Origin: an uncultured Fibrobacteraceae bacterium
Lineage (GTDB): Bacteria; Krumholzibacteriota; Krumholzibacteriia; LZORAL124-64-63
DNA length: 64,000 nt
Direction of reading: 5' to 3'
Assembly: GCA_964384825.1 (NCBI GenBank)
Contig: CAYLMM010000008.1
Span: 3,462 to 67,461, forward strand
In this document: positions 1 to 10,203 of the stretch, one piece after another
Numbering within the stretch: position 1 is the first letter of the stretch
How the letters are laid out: the number at the start of each line of letters is the position of its first letter
Program-made: the position numbers and the translations under genes
Notes under the pieces: model-generated
The model's input: the letters and a program-made list of their open reading frames with translations, nothing else
What the model was told of the DNA's origin: nothing
Database searches by the model: none

Positions 1-638
1 CGGGCCATCGCGCGGGCGGCCGCGGCCAGTTCGGCGGGTCCGAGCAGGTTGGCCGGCTTGTTCACCAGGTCGCGGGCGAAGAGGTTGCCCGCGGCGAAGG
101 CCTGACCCTCGGCGGCCCCGGCCTTAAGTTCGGCGACGGCCTGGCCTTCGGCGGCGACCAGCTTCATCTCGCGCGGCAGATCCTGCGAGGCGTCCTTGCG
201 GTCGGTCTTCAGCGACCCGGCCCGCCACAGGCCCATCTCGGCCCCCTCGACCCAGCAACGGGCCAGGGCGTCGACGTCCATGCCCGAATCGGCGCCGGGC
301 AGATGGATCAAACAGCGCTTCGCCTCGATATCGCGGGCCCGGACGGCGACCACCGCGGCGCAACGGCGCGCGCGCTCGGCGGTCCAGTCGTCTCGCTTGC
401 CCAATCCGACCGCCATCACCCACGGGCAGCCGGCCTCGCCCCCGGGCAGCAGGTGCGACTTCTCGGCCTTGGCCTCGAAAACGCTCCCCTTGGCCAGCTT
501 CTTCAGGCCGCCGCCGAGAACGGCGTCGAGATCCCGAAACGGTTTCAGATCGGGACCCTTGTCCCCCGCGAAGATTCCGAGCACCAGCAGATCGCCCTTC
601 AGCAGGGCCGGGTCCCCCTTGACCGCAGACCAACGCAT
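1..638 (-). CDS. pepA: Leucyl aminopeptidase (peptidase M17), 5' part; runs off the window start
   Basis: Not in the ORF track because its stop lies outside the window. ATG at 638 follows GAAGGGGAGAAG. Translation MRWSAVKGDPALLKGDLLVLGIF...GNLFARDLVNKPANLLGPAELAAAA matches the M17 'ARDLVNxPxN' motif. Confidence 0.88.
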   Translation of the reverse strand, partial: MRWSAVKGDPALLKGDLLVLGIFAGDKGPDLKPFRDLDAVLGGGLKKLAKGSVFEAKAEKSHLLPGGEAGCPWVMAVGLGKRDDWTAERARRCAAVVAVRARDIEAKRCLIHLPGADSGMDVDALARCWVEGAEMGLWRAGSLKTDRKDASQDLPREMKLVAAEGQAVAELKAGAAEGQAFAAGNLFARDLVNKPANLLGPAELAAAARAMA

Positions 639-949
639 CTTCTCCCCTTCCGATCGGATGGCTAATAGGGACAAACCCGCCGCGATGCCGGCGGGCGTGA
701 TTCCGGGAGATGTTGCGTCCATACTAGCATCTGCCCGGCCGGTGGCCAGAATCAATTTCCCGATCCGCGCCGATCCGCGCCGATCGGGCCGGTTTCCCGG
801 CCTTGAGGCCCGCGGCCGCATCCGGTAGGGTGGTCCGGGGCGCGCGCCCGCGCCCGACATCCGGAAACGCGATGCGCCGAGCCGCGCGCCGCTCTTCGCC
901 GCGCCGCGCATCGCCGAGCCCGCCGAACCCGTCGAGCAAGGACGCCGCC

Positions 950-2281
950 ATGCCCGAATCCCCATCCTCGCCGACGGCCGACCGTTCCGCCCGCCACCGC
1001 CTCGCCCGCCCCTGGCGCTGGCCCCTTCCCGCCCAGATCGCCGCGGCGCTTCTGCTCGGGGTGCTGGCCGGGGCGCTGAGCGGTCCGGAAGGCCGGCTGC
1101 TGGGCGCGTCGGTCCCGGCGGTCCTCGATTTTCTGGGCGACCTCTTCCTGCGGGCCCTGAAGATGATCATCGTGCCGCTGATCGCCGGTTCGATCATCAC
1201 CGGCGTGGCGGGCCTGGGCTCGGGCCGCACCCTGGGCAGGCTCTTCGGCCGCACCTTCGCCTGGTACCTCACCACCAGCCTGGCGGCGATCCTGGTCGGG
1301 CTGCTGCTGGTCAACCTGATCCACCCCGGCGCCGACGCCTCGGGCCCGGTCGGCTCGCGCCTGGGCCTGGCCGCCGGCGCCGCCGCGCTGACCGAGGATC
1401 TGGGCGGCCGCGGCGCCGGCGACCTGGTCGGCATCGTGATGCGGATGGTGCCGGAGAACGTCGCGGCGGCCGCGGTCCACGGCGAGATCCTGCCGCTGAT
1501 CTTCTTCTGCCTGCTCTTCGGCGCGGCGCTGACGGTGCTGCCCGAGAACGTGCGCGGGCCGCAGGTGCGCTTCTGGGAAGGCCTGTTCGCGGCGATGATG
1601 AAGGTGACCGGCTGGGTGATCCTGTTCCTGCCGCTGGGAATCTTCGGGATGGTGGGCCGGATCGTCGCCGAGAGCGGGTTCACGGCCTTCGCGCCTTTGG
1701 CGAGGTATTTCCTGACGGTGCTGGCGGCCCTGGTCATCCACGCGGCGGTGATCCTGCCGCTGCTCTGCCGCGCGCTCGGCCGCCTGCCCGCCCACCGCCA
1801 CGCCCGGGCGATGGCGCCGGCCCTGATGACCGCGTTCTCCACCCGCTCGTCGTCGGCCACCCTGCCCTTGACCCTCGAATGCATCGAGGACCGCGCCGGG
1901 GTGAGCAACCGGGTGTCGAGCTTCGTGCTGCCGCTCGGCGCGACGATCAACATGGACGGCACCGCGCTCTACGAATGCGTCGCGGCGCTGTTCATCGCCC
2001 AGGCCTACGGCGTGGCGCTCGGGCCGCTGGACCAGGTGCTGGTGGTGGTGACCGCGCTGCTGGCCTCGATCGGAGCCGCGGGCATCCCGGCCGCCGGCCT
2101 GGTGATGATCTCGATCATCCTCGAAACGGTCGGGCTGCCGCTCGAAGGCGTGGCGCTGATCCTGGCGGTCGACCCGGTGCTGGACATGTGCCGCACCTGC
2201 GTCAACGTCTGGAGCGACAGCTGCGGCGCGGCGGTGATCGCGCGCAGAGAGGGCGAGGAGGTCCTGCCCCGGCGGTCGTGA
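950..2281 (+). CDS. Dicarboxylate/amino acid:cation symporter (SDF/DAACS, GltP/GltPh family)
   Basis: Multiple hydrophobic helices. Motifs [54 protein letters not shown]. Start moved to ATG 950 (AAGGA upstream). Confidence 0.93.
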   Translation: MPESPSSPTADRSARHRLARPWRWPLPAQIAAALLLGVLAGALSGPEGRLLGASVPAVLDFLGDLFLRALKMIIVPLIAGSIITGVAGLGSGRTLGRLFGRTFAWYLTTSLAAILVGLLLVNLIHPGADASGPVGSRLGLAAGAAALTEDLGGRGAGDLVGIVMRMVPENVAAAAVHGEILPLIFFCLLFGAALTVLPENVRGPQVRFWEGLFAAMMKVTGWVILFLPLGIFGMVGRIVAESGFTAFAPLARYFLTVLAALVIHAAVILPLLCRALGRLPAHRHARAMAPALMTAFSTRSSSATLPLTLECIEDRAGVSNRVSSFVLPLGATINMDGTALYECVAALFIAQAYGVALGPLDQVLVVVTALLASIGAAGIPAAGLVMISIILETVGLPLEGVALILAVDPVLDMCRTCVNVWSDSCGAAVIARREGEEVLPRRS

Positions 2282-2674
2282 TCAGGCCCCGCGCGCCAGC
2301 CGGGGCTTCACCGCCGCCATCGCTTCGGCGACGGTCTCCGCGCCGCCGCCGATCGAAATCTCGACGGCGAACGATCCACCCTCGTCGCGCCCGCAGAGAT
2401 AACGGTACTGGGCCGTCTCCCCGGTCCAGCCGCCGGACACCGGGTCCCAGACGCAGGCCCGGACCCCGATCAGCAGCAGACGATCGCGGGCGTCGAGGTC
2501 GAAGACCCGCACCTCGCGGCAGACATCCCGGTGGAATTTCAGGATGAAAACGCCGTCTTCAGCGCCGCAACCGACATCGACCTGGAACGGAGACGACCCT
2601 TCGCGGGTGGTTTCGACGCGGATCTTCGCGCCGATGGCTCGGAAAGGCCGGACCAGGAAGCTATCGCAGAGCAT
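2282..2674 (-). CDS. Hypothetical protein, 130 aa
   Basis: ATG at 2674 with GAGGAGG Shine-Dalgarno. Normal globular composition. Its stop abuts the symporter stop (TGA|TCA at 2279-2284). Confidence 0.7.
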   Translation of the reverse strand: MLCDSFLVRPFRAIGAKIRVETTREGSSPFQVDVGCGAEDGVFILKFHRDVCREVRVFDLDARDRLLLIGVRACVWDPVSGGWTGETAQYRYLCGRDEGGSFAVEISIGGGAETVAEAMAAVKPRLARGA

Positions 2675-2809
2675 GGAGCCCTCCTCGGTGGTCGAGTTCA
2701 CTGGAGGGCACACGGAAGCCCTCGGTTCCGGGCACCGAGGATTCATATATTTGGGAGAATTGGGTCAATCAGGCGGCAGTTCTCCCGGAATCCTCGATAC
2801 AATTTTTAA

Positions 2810-2835
2810 ATCAAATAGATTTGAATCTATTTGAT
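2810..2835. promoter_or_regulatory. Perfect 11-bp inverted repeat (operator-like) in an AT-rich patch
   Basis: ATCAAATAGAT-ttga-ATCTATTTGAT. 2801-2850 is 10/50 G+C. TATAAT follows at 2837-2842 on the + strand. Confidence 0.6.
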
Positions 2836-2968
2836 CTATAATTGATGGTGAGAACTCTCGGGTTCCTGCCGATAGGTTGGAGAGATGCTGTCCGGGCAGA
2901 GATTCGATCACTTTCACACATTCCTTTCTCGGGGAGCAAAGCGATAATACCCGATCATAATCCAGTGA

Positions 2969-4369
2969 TCAACCGCTATCCTTCCCCGATTCCGACCGGA
3001 ATTCCGGCGACCCGACCGGGCTGCCGATGCTGCGCAGCCGCGCGTGGGCCAGCGCGTAGAACTCGCGGGCCGGCACGCGGGCGAACCCCAGCTTGATCTC
3101 GTCGAGCTTCTCCCCCTGCAGAAAACGCCAGTGATGCAGCAGCGTGGGCACGCGGCCCTTCGGCTCGGTCTGCAGGAAGCGGCGGTGCGAGCTCGAGAGC
3201 CGCGTCGGCGGATCGTTGTCCTTGGCGGCGAAGCGGATCAGGTCGAGGATCTGCTCGCCGCCCACCAGGTTCTCGCCGGTCTTCTCCAGCCAGGCCTGCT
3301 GGATCGCCTCGGCCAGGGCGTGGTCGGTGCCCTTGCTGGCGAAGCGGGCCAGATGCTTGTCGTAGGTGTCGATGGCGTCCATCGCGAAGGCCCCGAGCAG
3401 GCCGGCGAAGCCCCACTCGGCGCCTATGCGGATCAGGGCCAGATCGTCGCACACGCCGTCGCCGGTCCGGCGGCGGAAGTAGACCTGGTCGTAGCGCGGA
3501 TACTCCCACTCTCGGTCGTCGCCCAGCGGCATCAGCACCCCGAGCCGCTCCAGTTCGCGCAGTTCGTCGTCCTCCCAGGCGCCGATCCCGGCGTCGCCGA
3601 TGCCCGTCATCCTGAACATCTCGCGATCGACGACCCGGATGTCGCCGCCGCCGAGTTCGTAGCGCCCGCCGTCGAAAGCCCGGCCGTTCCAGACGGTGGT
3701 CATCCGCCGCTGGTCCCAGTCGTCCATGTAGCCGGCAAGCACCATGCCGCGCAGGAAATCGGCGGTGTCGACCTCGACGCCGCGCAGGAAATCGGCCCCG
3801 AGCAGGGGGCCGTCGACGGTTTCCAGGGTCATGGTCGACGTGCCGATGCGGGCCAGGACGTGTTCACGCACGTTGTCGACCAGCCGCTGGCGGCGTAAAC
3901 GGACGGCGTCGTGGCGCAGGCCGGGCCAGGTCTTCTCCAGCTCGGTGAGGATGCGATCGAAGGTCGCTTCGCGGAAGACCAGCGGCGAGCCGTAGGAATC
4001 GGCGAACCAGCCGTGGCCGTTCTGGGCGCGGCCGGCGACCGACTGCGGCAGCAGAACCTCGAGCACGTCGGCCGGGGCGCTGAAGGGCCGCGACATCAGG
4101 TACTCGAAATCGTCGTGGCAGAGCTTGGCGAAGAGTTCCTCGTTGCCGCGGATCGGCAGGTAGCGGACATCGCGCGAGGGGCGGTCGGGACGTCCGCGGC
4201 CCCCCCGGCCTTCGCGGCCTCCGCCACGGCCGTCGCGCGCGCGGTCGGTGCGGCCGCGGCCATTGTCCGGCCGGTCGCGGCTGTCGTCCTGGCGGCCGGA
4301 AAGGCGGTCGAGGATCGACAGCACCCTTTCGGCGGCCTGGCGGCTCTTCTTGATCTTGCGGCGTCCCAT
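2969..4369 (-). CDS. Hypothetical protein, 466 aa, with basic RG-rich N-terminus; no recognised family
   Basis: Long ORF with genome-typical GC3 codon pattern and globular composition after residue ~70. Start set at MGRRKIKK (4369). Confidence 0.85.
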   Translation of the reverse strand: MGRRKIKKSRQAAERVLSILDRLSGRQDDSRDRPDNGRGRTDRARDGRGGGREGRGGRGRPDRPSRDVRYLPIRGNEELFAKLCHDDFEYLMSRPFSAPADVLEVLLPQSVAGRAQNGHGWFADSYGSPLVFREATFDRILTELEKTWPGLRHDAVRLRRQRLVDNVREHVLARIGTSTMTLETVDGPLLGADFLRGVEVDTADFLRGMVLAGYMDDWDQRRMTTVWNGRAFDGGRYELGGGDIRVVDREMFRMTGIGDAGIGAWEDDELRELERLGVLMPLGDDREWEYPRYDQVYFRRRTGDGVCDDLALIRIGAEWGFAGLLGAFAMDAIDTYDKHLARFASKGTDHALAEAIQQAWLEKTGENLVGGEQILDLIRFAAKDNDPPTRLSSSHRRFLQTEPKGRVPTLLHHWRFLQGEKLDEIKLGFARVPAREFYALAHARLRSIGSPVGSPEFRSESGKDSG

Positions 4370-4450
4370 GGTGGGGGCAGGATAACGCGCCGGAGGCCGG
4401 ACAGACAGCAAAGAATCCATCCGCCGGCTTTCGCGGGGGCCGCCGGCGCC

Positions 4451-5596
<1,146 letters not shown>

Positions 5597-5598
5597 GG

Positions 5599-6738
5599 CT
5601 ACCTCAACCTGTGGCCCGAGATCACCAACCGCTGCGCCTCGCTGGTGCCCTCGTAGATCGAGGTGATGCGGGCGTCGCGGAAATATCGTTCGACCGGGAA
5701 CTCCTTCGAATAGCCGTTGCCGCCGAAGATCTGCACCGCCTCGTTCGCGATGCGGTTGGCGGCCTCGCTGGCGTAGAGCTTGGCCATCGCGGCGGCCTCG
5801 CCGTAGGGCTCGCCGCGGTCCTTCAGGTTCGCCGCGCGCAAAGTCAGCAGCCGGGCCGCCTCGTACTCGGTGGCCATGTCGGCGATCTTCCACTGGATGG
5901 CCTGGAACTTCGCGATCGGGCGGCCGAACTGCTCGCGGGTCTTGGCGTACTCGGTCGCCGCCTCCAGCGCCGCCCTGGCCGAGCCCAGGGCCTGGCTGGC
6001 GATGCCGATGCGCCCGCCGTCGAGCGTCGACATGGCGACCTTGAACCCCTGGCCCACCTCGCCCAGCATTTGGCCGGCCGGCACGCGCACGTTGTCGAAG
6101 GCCAGCTGGGCGGTGTCGCTGGCGCGGATGCCCAGCTTCTTCTCCTTGCTGATCACCGCGAAGCCCTCGGCGGCGCTCTCGACGATGAACGCGGCGATGC
6201 CCTTGTGCCGCAGTTCGGGATCGGTCTGGGCGAAGACGATCAGGATGTCGGCGTGCGCGCCGCTGGTGATGAAGTTCTTCATGCCGTTCAGGACCCAGTG
6301 GTCGCCGTCCGGCGCGGCGCGGGTCCGCTGGTTGGCCGCGTCGGTGCCGGCGTCCGGTTCGCTCAGGCAGTAGGCGCCCAGCTTCTCGCCGCGGGCCAAA
6401 GGCGCCAGGAAGCGCTGCTTCTGCTCCTCGGAGCCGTAGGTCTCCAGCGGCCAGCAGACCAGCGAGTTGTTCACCGACATGATCACGCCGGTCGAGGCGC
6501 AGGCGGCGGAGATCTCCTCCATCGCCAGCACGTAGCCGACCATGTCGAAGCCGGCGCCGCCGTACCGCTCGGGCACGTTCATGCCCATGAACCCCAACTC
6601 GCCCAGCTTCTTCACCGCTTCGGCCGGGAAATGCTCGTCGCGATCCCATTGCGCGGCGTGGGGCGCCAGCTCGCGGGCGGCGAAATCGCGCGCGGTGTCG
6701 CGGATCATCTTCTGCTGCTCGGTCATGGCGAAGTCCAC
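5599..6738 (-). CDS. Acyl-CoA dehydrogenase (butyryl-CoA dehydrogenase-like)
   Basis: YCLSEPDAGTDAA, GMKNFITSG, EKKLGIRASDT, LDGGRIGIA, QIFGGNGY, IYEGTSEAQR; GTG start. Confidence 0.95.
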   Translation of the reverse strand: MDFAMTEQQKMIRDTARDFAARELAPHAAQWDRDEHFPAEAVKKLGELGFMGMNVPERYGGAGFDMVGYVLAMEEISAACASTGVIMSVNNSLVCWPLETYGSEEQKQRFLAPLARGEKLGAYCLSEPDAGTDAANQRTRAAPDGDHWVLNGMKNFITSGAHADILIVFAQTDPELRHKGIAAFIVESAAEGFAVISKEKKLGIRASDTAQLAFDNVRVPAGQMLGEVGQGFKVAMSTLDGGRIGIASQALGSARAALEAATEYAKTREQFGRPIAKFQAIQWKIADMATEYEAARLLTLRAANLKDRGEPYGEAAAMAKLYASEAANRIANEAVQIFGGNGYSKEFPVERYFRDARITSIYEGTSEAQRLVISGHRLR

Positions 6739-6750
6739 GGCGGTCTCCCG

Positions 6751-7593
6751 TCACTCGTATTCGTAGAAGCCCCTGCCCGTCTTGCAGCCCAGCTGGCCGG
6801 CGTCGACCATCCGCCGCAGCAGCGGGCAGGGCCGGTACTTGCCGTCGGCGAAGCCCTCGTAGAGCACGTTCATGATGTCCAGGCAGACGTCCAGGCCGAT
6901 GAAGTCGGCCAGCGCCAGCGGCCCCATCGGATGGGCCATGCCCAGCTTCATCACCGTGTCGACGGCCTCGCGGTCGGCCACGCCCTCCATCAGGCAGAAC
7001 GCGGCCTCGTTGATCATCGGCATCAGCACCCGGTTGGAGATGAAGCCCGGATAGTCCTGCACCACGACCGGCACCTTGCCCAGGTCGCGGGCCACGGTCA
7101 TGACCTCCTCGAGGGTGGCGTCGTCGGTGGCCTGGCCGCGGACGACCTCGACCAGCTTCATCACCGGCACCGGGTTCATGAAGTGCATCCCGATGACCTT
7201 CCGCGGCCGGCCGGTGCAGGCCGCGATCCTGGTGACCGAGATCGACGAGGTGTTGGTGGCCAGGATCGCCTCGTCGCCGCAGGCCGCGTCGAGCTGCTCG
7301 AAGATCCGTTTCTTGACGTCGAAGTTCTCGAAGACCGCCTCGACCGCCAGATCCGCTCCTGCGGCCGCGGCCACATCGACGGCGGTCGTGATGCGGGCCA
7401 GGGCGTCGTCCCGCTGCTGTTCGGTGATCAGGTCCTTCTTCACCTGCCGGCCGAGATTCTTCTCGATCGCGCCGCGGGCCCGCGCCAGCGCCTCCTCGGA
7501 AACGTCGATCAGCACGACGTCGTGCCCGTGCTGGGCGAAGACATGGACGATGCCGTTGCCCATGGTTCCGCCGCCGATCACAGCGACCTTCAT
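6751..7593 (-). CDS. hbd: 3-hydroxybutyryl-CoA dehydrogenase
   Basis: Rossmann GGGTMGNG, EAVFE, TNTSS, GMHFMNPVPVM, PGFISNR, HPMGPL, GKYRPCPLL. Confidence 0.95.
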   Translation of the reverse strand: MKVAVIGGGTMGNGIVHVFAQHGHDVVLIDVSEEALARARGAIEKNLGRQVKKDLITEQQRDDALARITTAVDVAAAAGADLAVEAVFENFDVKKRIFEQLDAACGDEAILATNTSSISVTRIAACTGRPRKVIGMHFMNPVPVMKLVEVVRGQATDDATLEEVMTVARDLGKVPVVVQDYPGFISNRVLMPMINEAAFCLMEGVADREAVDTVMKLGMAHPMGPLALADFIGLDVCLDIMNVLYEGFADGKYRPCPLLRRMVDAGQLGCKTGRGFYEYE

Positions 7594-7644
7594 GTCTTAC
7601 CTCCACGAAACGCCACAAATTACTGCGGCTGATGTATTTGCGCG

Positions 7645-8835
7645 CTACTTCGGCAAGCTGATGGCCATGGCCACAGCATCGCCGCCGCCCAGGCAGAGCG
7701 AGACGATGCCGTCGGGCACGCCCCGGTCCTCCATCGCGTGCAGCAGGGTGACCAGGCAGCGGCAGCCCGAGGCTCCGATGGGATGGCCCAGCGCCACGCC
7801 CCCGCCGCGGACGTTGACCTTCTCCATGTCCAGGCCCAGCTGTTCGGTCACCGCGATCGCCTGGGCCGCGAAGGCCTCGTTCAGCTCGACCAGGCCGTAG
7901 TCGCCGAGCGACCGGCCGGTCTTGCGCAGCAGGTTGCCGACCGCGGTCACCGGCGCCATCATCACCCACTTGGGTTCGACCGCTCCGGTGGAATAGGCCT
8001 CGATCACCGCGCGGACCGGCAGGCCGTGCTCGCGGGCGAAGTCGCGGGTGCAGACCAGCGCCGCCGCGGCCCCGTCGTTGATCGTCGAGGCGTTGCCCGG
8101 GGTCACCGAGCCGCCGTCGCGCTTGAATGCGGGCCGCAGCTTGGCCAGGCCCTCGACCGTGGTGCCCGGACGCGGCCCCTCGTCGCGGTCGACCACCAGG
8201 GGGTCGGCCTTGCGGCGCGGCACGCTGACCGGCACGATTTCGCGGTCGAACTCCCCGGCCTCGGCCGCGGCCACCGCCCGGCGGTGCGATTCGGCCGCGA
8301 AGACGTCCTGCCGCTCGCGGTCGACGCCGTACTTCTCGACCACCAGTTCGGCGGTCATCCCCATATGGAAGTCGTTGTACACGTCCCACAGGCCGTCGTG
8401 GACCATCAGGTCGGTCACCTTGCGGTCGCCCAGCCGCATGCCGTCGCGGGCGTCGAACAGGGCGTAGGGGATGCGGCTCATGCACTCCATCCCCCCGGCC
8501 AGGATGCATTCGGCGTCGCCGGCCTTGATCGCCTGGGCGGCCAGCATCACCGTCTTGAGCCCCGAACCGCAGACCTTGTTGATCGTCGCCGAGCTGATCG
8601 TCTCGGGCACCCCGGCGGCGATGGCGGCCTGGCGGGCGGGATTCTGGCCCAGTCCGGCCTGGACCACGCAGCCCATCAGGACCTCGTCGAGCAGGGCCGG
8701 GTCCAGGCCCGTGCGATCGAGCAGGCCCCGGATCGCGGCCGCCCCCAGCTGGGGGGCCGTCAAACCCGCGAGGCCGCCCTGGAAGCGCCCGATGGGGGTG
8801 CGCACCGCTCCGGCGATCACGACTCTCTGGTTCAT
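7645..8835 (-). CDS. Acetyl-CoA C-acetyltransferase (thiolase)
   Basis: RTPIG, GQNPARQ, INKVCGSGL (catalytic Cys), ELNEAFA, GHPIGASG, SLCLGGG. Confidence 0.96.
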   Translation of the reverse strand: MNQRVVIAGAVRTPIGRFQGGLAGLTAPQLGAAAIRGLLDRTGLDPALLDEVLMGCVVQAGLGQNPARQAAIAAGVPETISSATINKVCGSGLKTVMLAAQAIKAGDAECILAGGMECMSRIPYALFDARDGMRLGDRKVTDLMVHDGLWDVYNDFHMGMTAELVVEKYGVDRERQDVFAAESHRRAVAAAEAGEFDREIVPVSVPRRKADPLVVDRDEGPRPGTTVEGLAKLRPAFKRDGGSVTPGNASTINDGAAAALVCTRDFAREHGLPVRAVIEAYSTGAVEPKWVMMAPVTAVGNLLRKTGRSLGDYGLVELNEAFAAQAIAVTEQLGLDMEKVNVRGGGVALGHPIGASGCRCLVTLLHAMEDRGVPDGIVSLCLGGGDAVAMAISLPK

Positions 8836-8857
8836 GGATCCTCCCTTTGGGCCGCGG

Positions 8858-9997
8858 TCAATCCCGCAGCAGATTGCGGGCGATGACCAGCCGCTGGATC
8901 TCGCTGGTCCCCTCGCCGATGGTGCAGAGCTTGGCGTCGCGGTACATCCGTTCGAGCGGGTATTCGCGGCAGAAGCCGTAGCCGCCCAGGATCTGGATGG
9001 CGGAATAGGTCACCCGCATGGCCGCCTCGCTGGCAAAGAGCTTGGCCTTGGCCGCGGTGTCGGCGTAGGGCTCGCCGGCGTCCTTCAGGCGGCAGGCCTC
9101 GTAGGTCAGCAGGCGCGACGCGTCGACGTCGACGGCCATGTCCGCGAGCATGAACTGCACGGCCTGCTGCTCGGAGATCGGACGGCCGAACTGGACGCGC
9201 CCGCGGGCGTAGTCGCGGGCCGCGGCCAAGGCGCCCCCGGCCAGCCCCAGGGCCAGCGCGGCGATAGAGATCCGGCCGCCGTCGAGGGTGGCCAGGAACT
9301 GCTTGAAGCCCGCCCCCTGCTCGCCCAGCAGCGCGTCGGCCGGCACGCTCACGTCCTCGAGGATCAGCGGCGCGGTGTCGGAGGCGCGCATGCCGAGCTT
9401 GTCCTCTTTCTTCTCGATGGTGAAACCGGGGGTGTCGGTCGGAACGATGAAGGCCGAGATGCCTCTGCCGGGCGGGACGTCGGGATCGGTGACCGCGGTG
9501 ATGATGACCGCCCCGGACCGCGGCGCGTTGGTGATCCACATCTTGCGGCCGTTGATCACCCACCGGTCGCCGTCGCGCACGGCGGTCGTGGCGGTGCCGC
9601 CGGCGTCGCTGCCGGCGCCGGGCTCGGTCAGGCCGAAGGCCAACAGGTATTCGCCGGCGCTGGCCCCGGGCAGCCACCGCTGCTTCTGGGCGTCGGATCC
9701 GAAGGCGGAGATCGGCCAGCAACCGAGGCTGTTGTGGGCGGCCACGATCAACGCGTGGCTGCCGTCGACCCGCGCCAGCTCCTCGATCACCAGGGCGTAG
9801 CTCAGGTTGTCGACCCCGGCTCCCCCCTGCTCGGCGGGGACCTTCAAACCCATCAGTCCCAAAGACGCCATCTCGGCGACGGTCTTTTCGGGAAAGACGG
9901 CGGATTCGTCGAATTCCGCCGCCACCGGCGCGATCTTGGCGCGAGCGAAATCGCGGGTCAGGTCGCGGATCATGGTCTGGTTCTCGGTCAACTGCAT
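8858..9997 (-). CDS. Acyl-CoA dehydrogenase
   Basis: MQLTENQ... (GGGAG SD), [56 protein letters not shown]. Confidence 0.95.
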   Translation of the reverse strand: MQLTENQTMIRDLTRDFARAKIAPVAAEFDESAVFPEKTVAEMASLGLMGLKVPAEQGGAGVDNLSYALVIEELARVDGSHALIVAAHNSLGCWPISAFGSDAQKQRWLPGASAGEYLLAFGLTEPGAGSDAGGTATTAVRDGDRWVINGRKMWITNAPRSGAVIITAVTDPDVPPGRGISAFIVPTDTPGFTIEKKEDKLGMRASDTAPLILEDVSVPADALLGEQGAGFKQFLATLDGGRISIAALALGLAGGALAAARDYARGRVQFGRPISEQQAVQFMLADMAVDVDASRLLTYEACRLKDAGEPYADTAAKAKLFASEAAMRVTYSAIQILGGYGFCREYPLERMYRDAKLCTIGEGTSEIQRLVIARNLLRD

Positions 9998-10203
9998 CGG
10001 GCTCCCCCCTCGACGCGATGGACCACGGGCGCGACGCATCCCCGCCGTGCCGCCCCCGACCTTAGCGGATAACGAACCGACAGTATAGGGATTTTAATGC
10101 GAATCTGCTGTATTGCGATACGGAGCAGGCGCATGGCGGGCCGCCGCCCGGCCGGAAGGGGGAAAGGCCCCCGCCGGACGACGGCCCCGGACGGTGACGA
10201 GCG

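Noticed and set aside
124-633. 169-aa minus-strand ORF in the track
   Set aside because: Wrong frame; the real gene is pepA starting at 638 and running off the window.
761-785. CGATCCGCGC repeated about 2.5 times
   Set aside because: Too short and without spacers; not CRISPR or REP-like, and plausible by chance in GC-rich DNA.
2842-3096. 84-aa + strand ORF starting at the TATAAT box
   Set aside because: No SD, no motifs, and it overlaps the 466-aa gene antisense. It cannot be supported as a protein.
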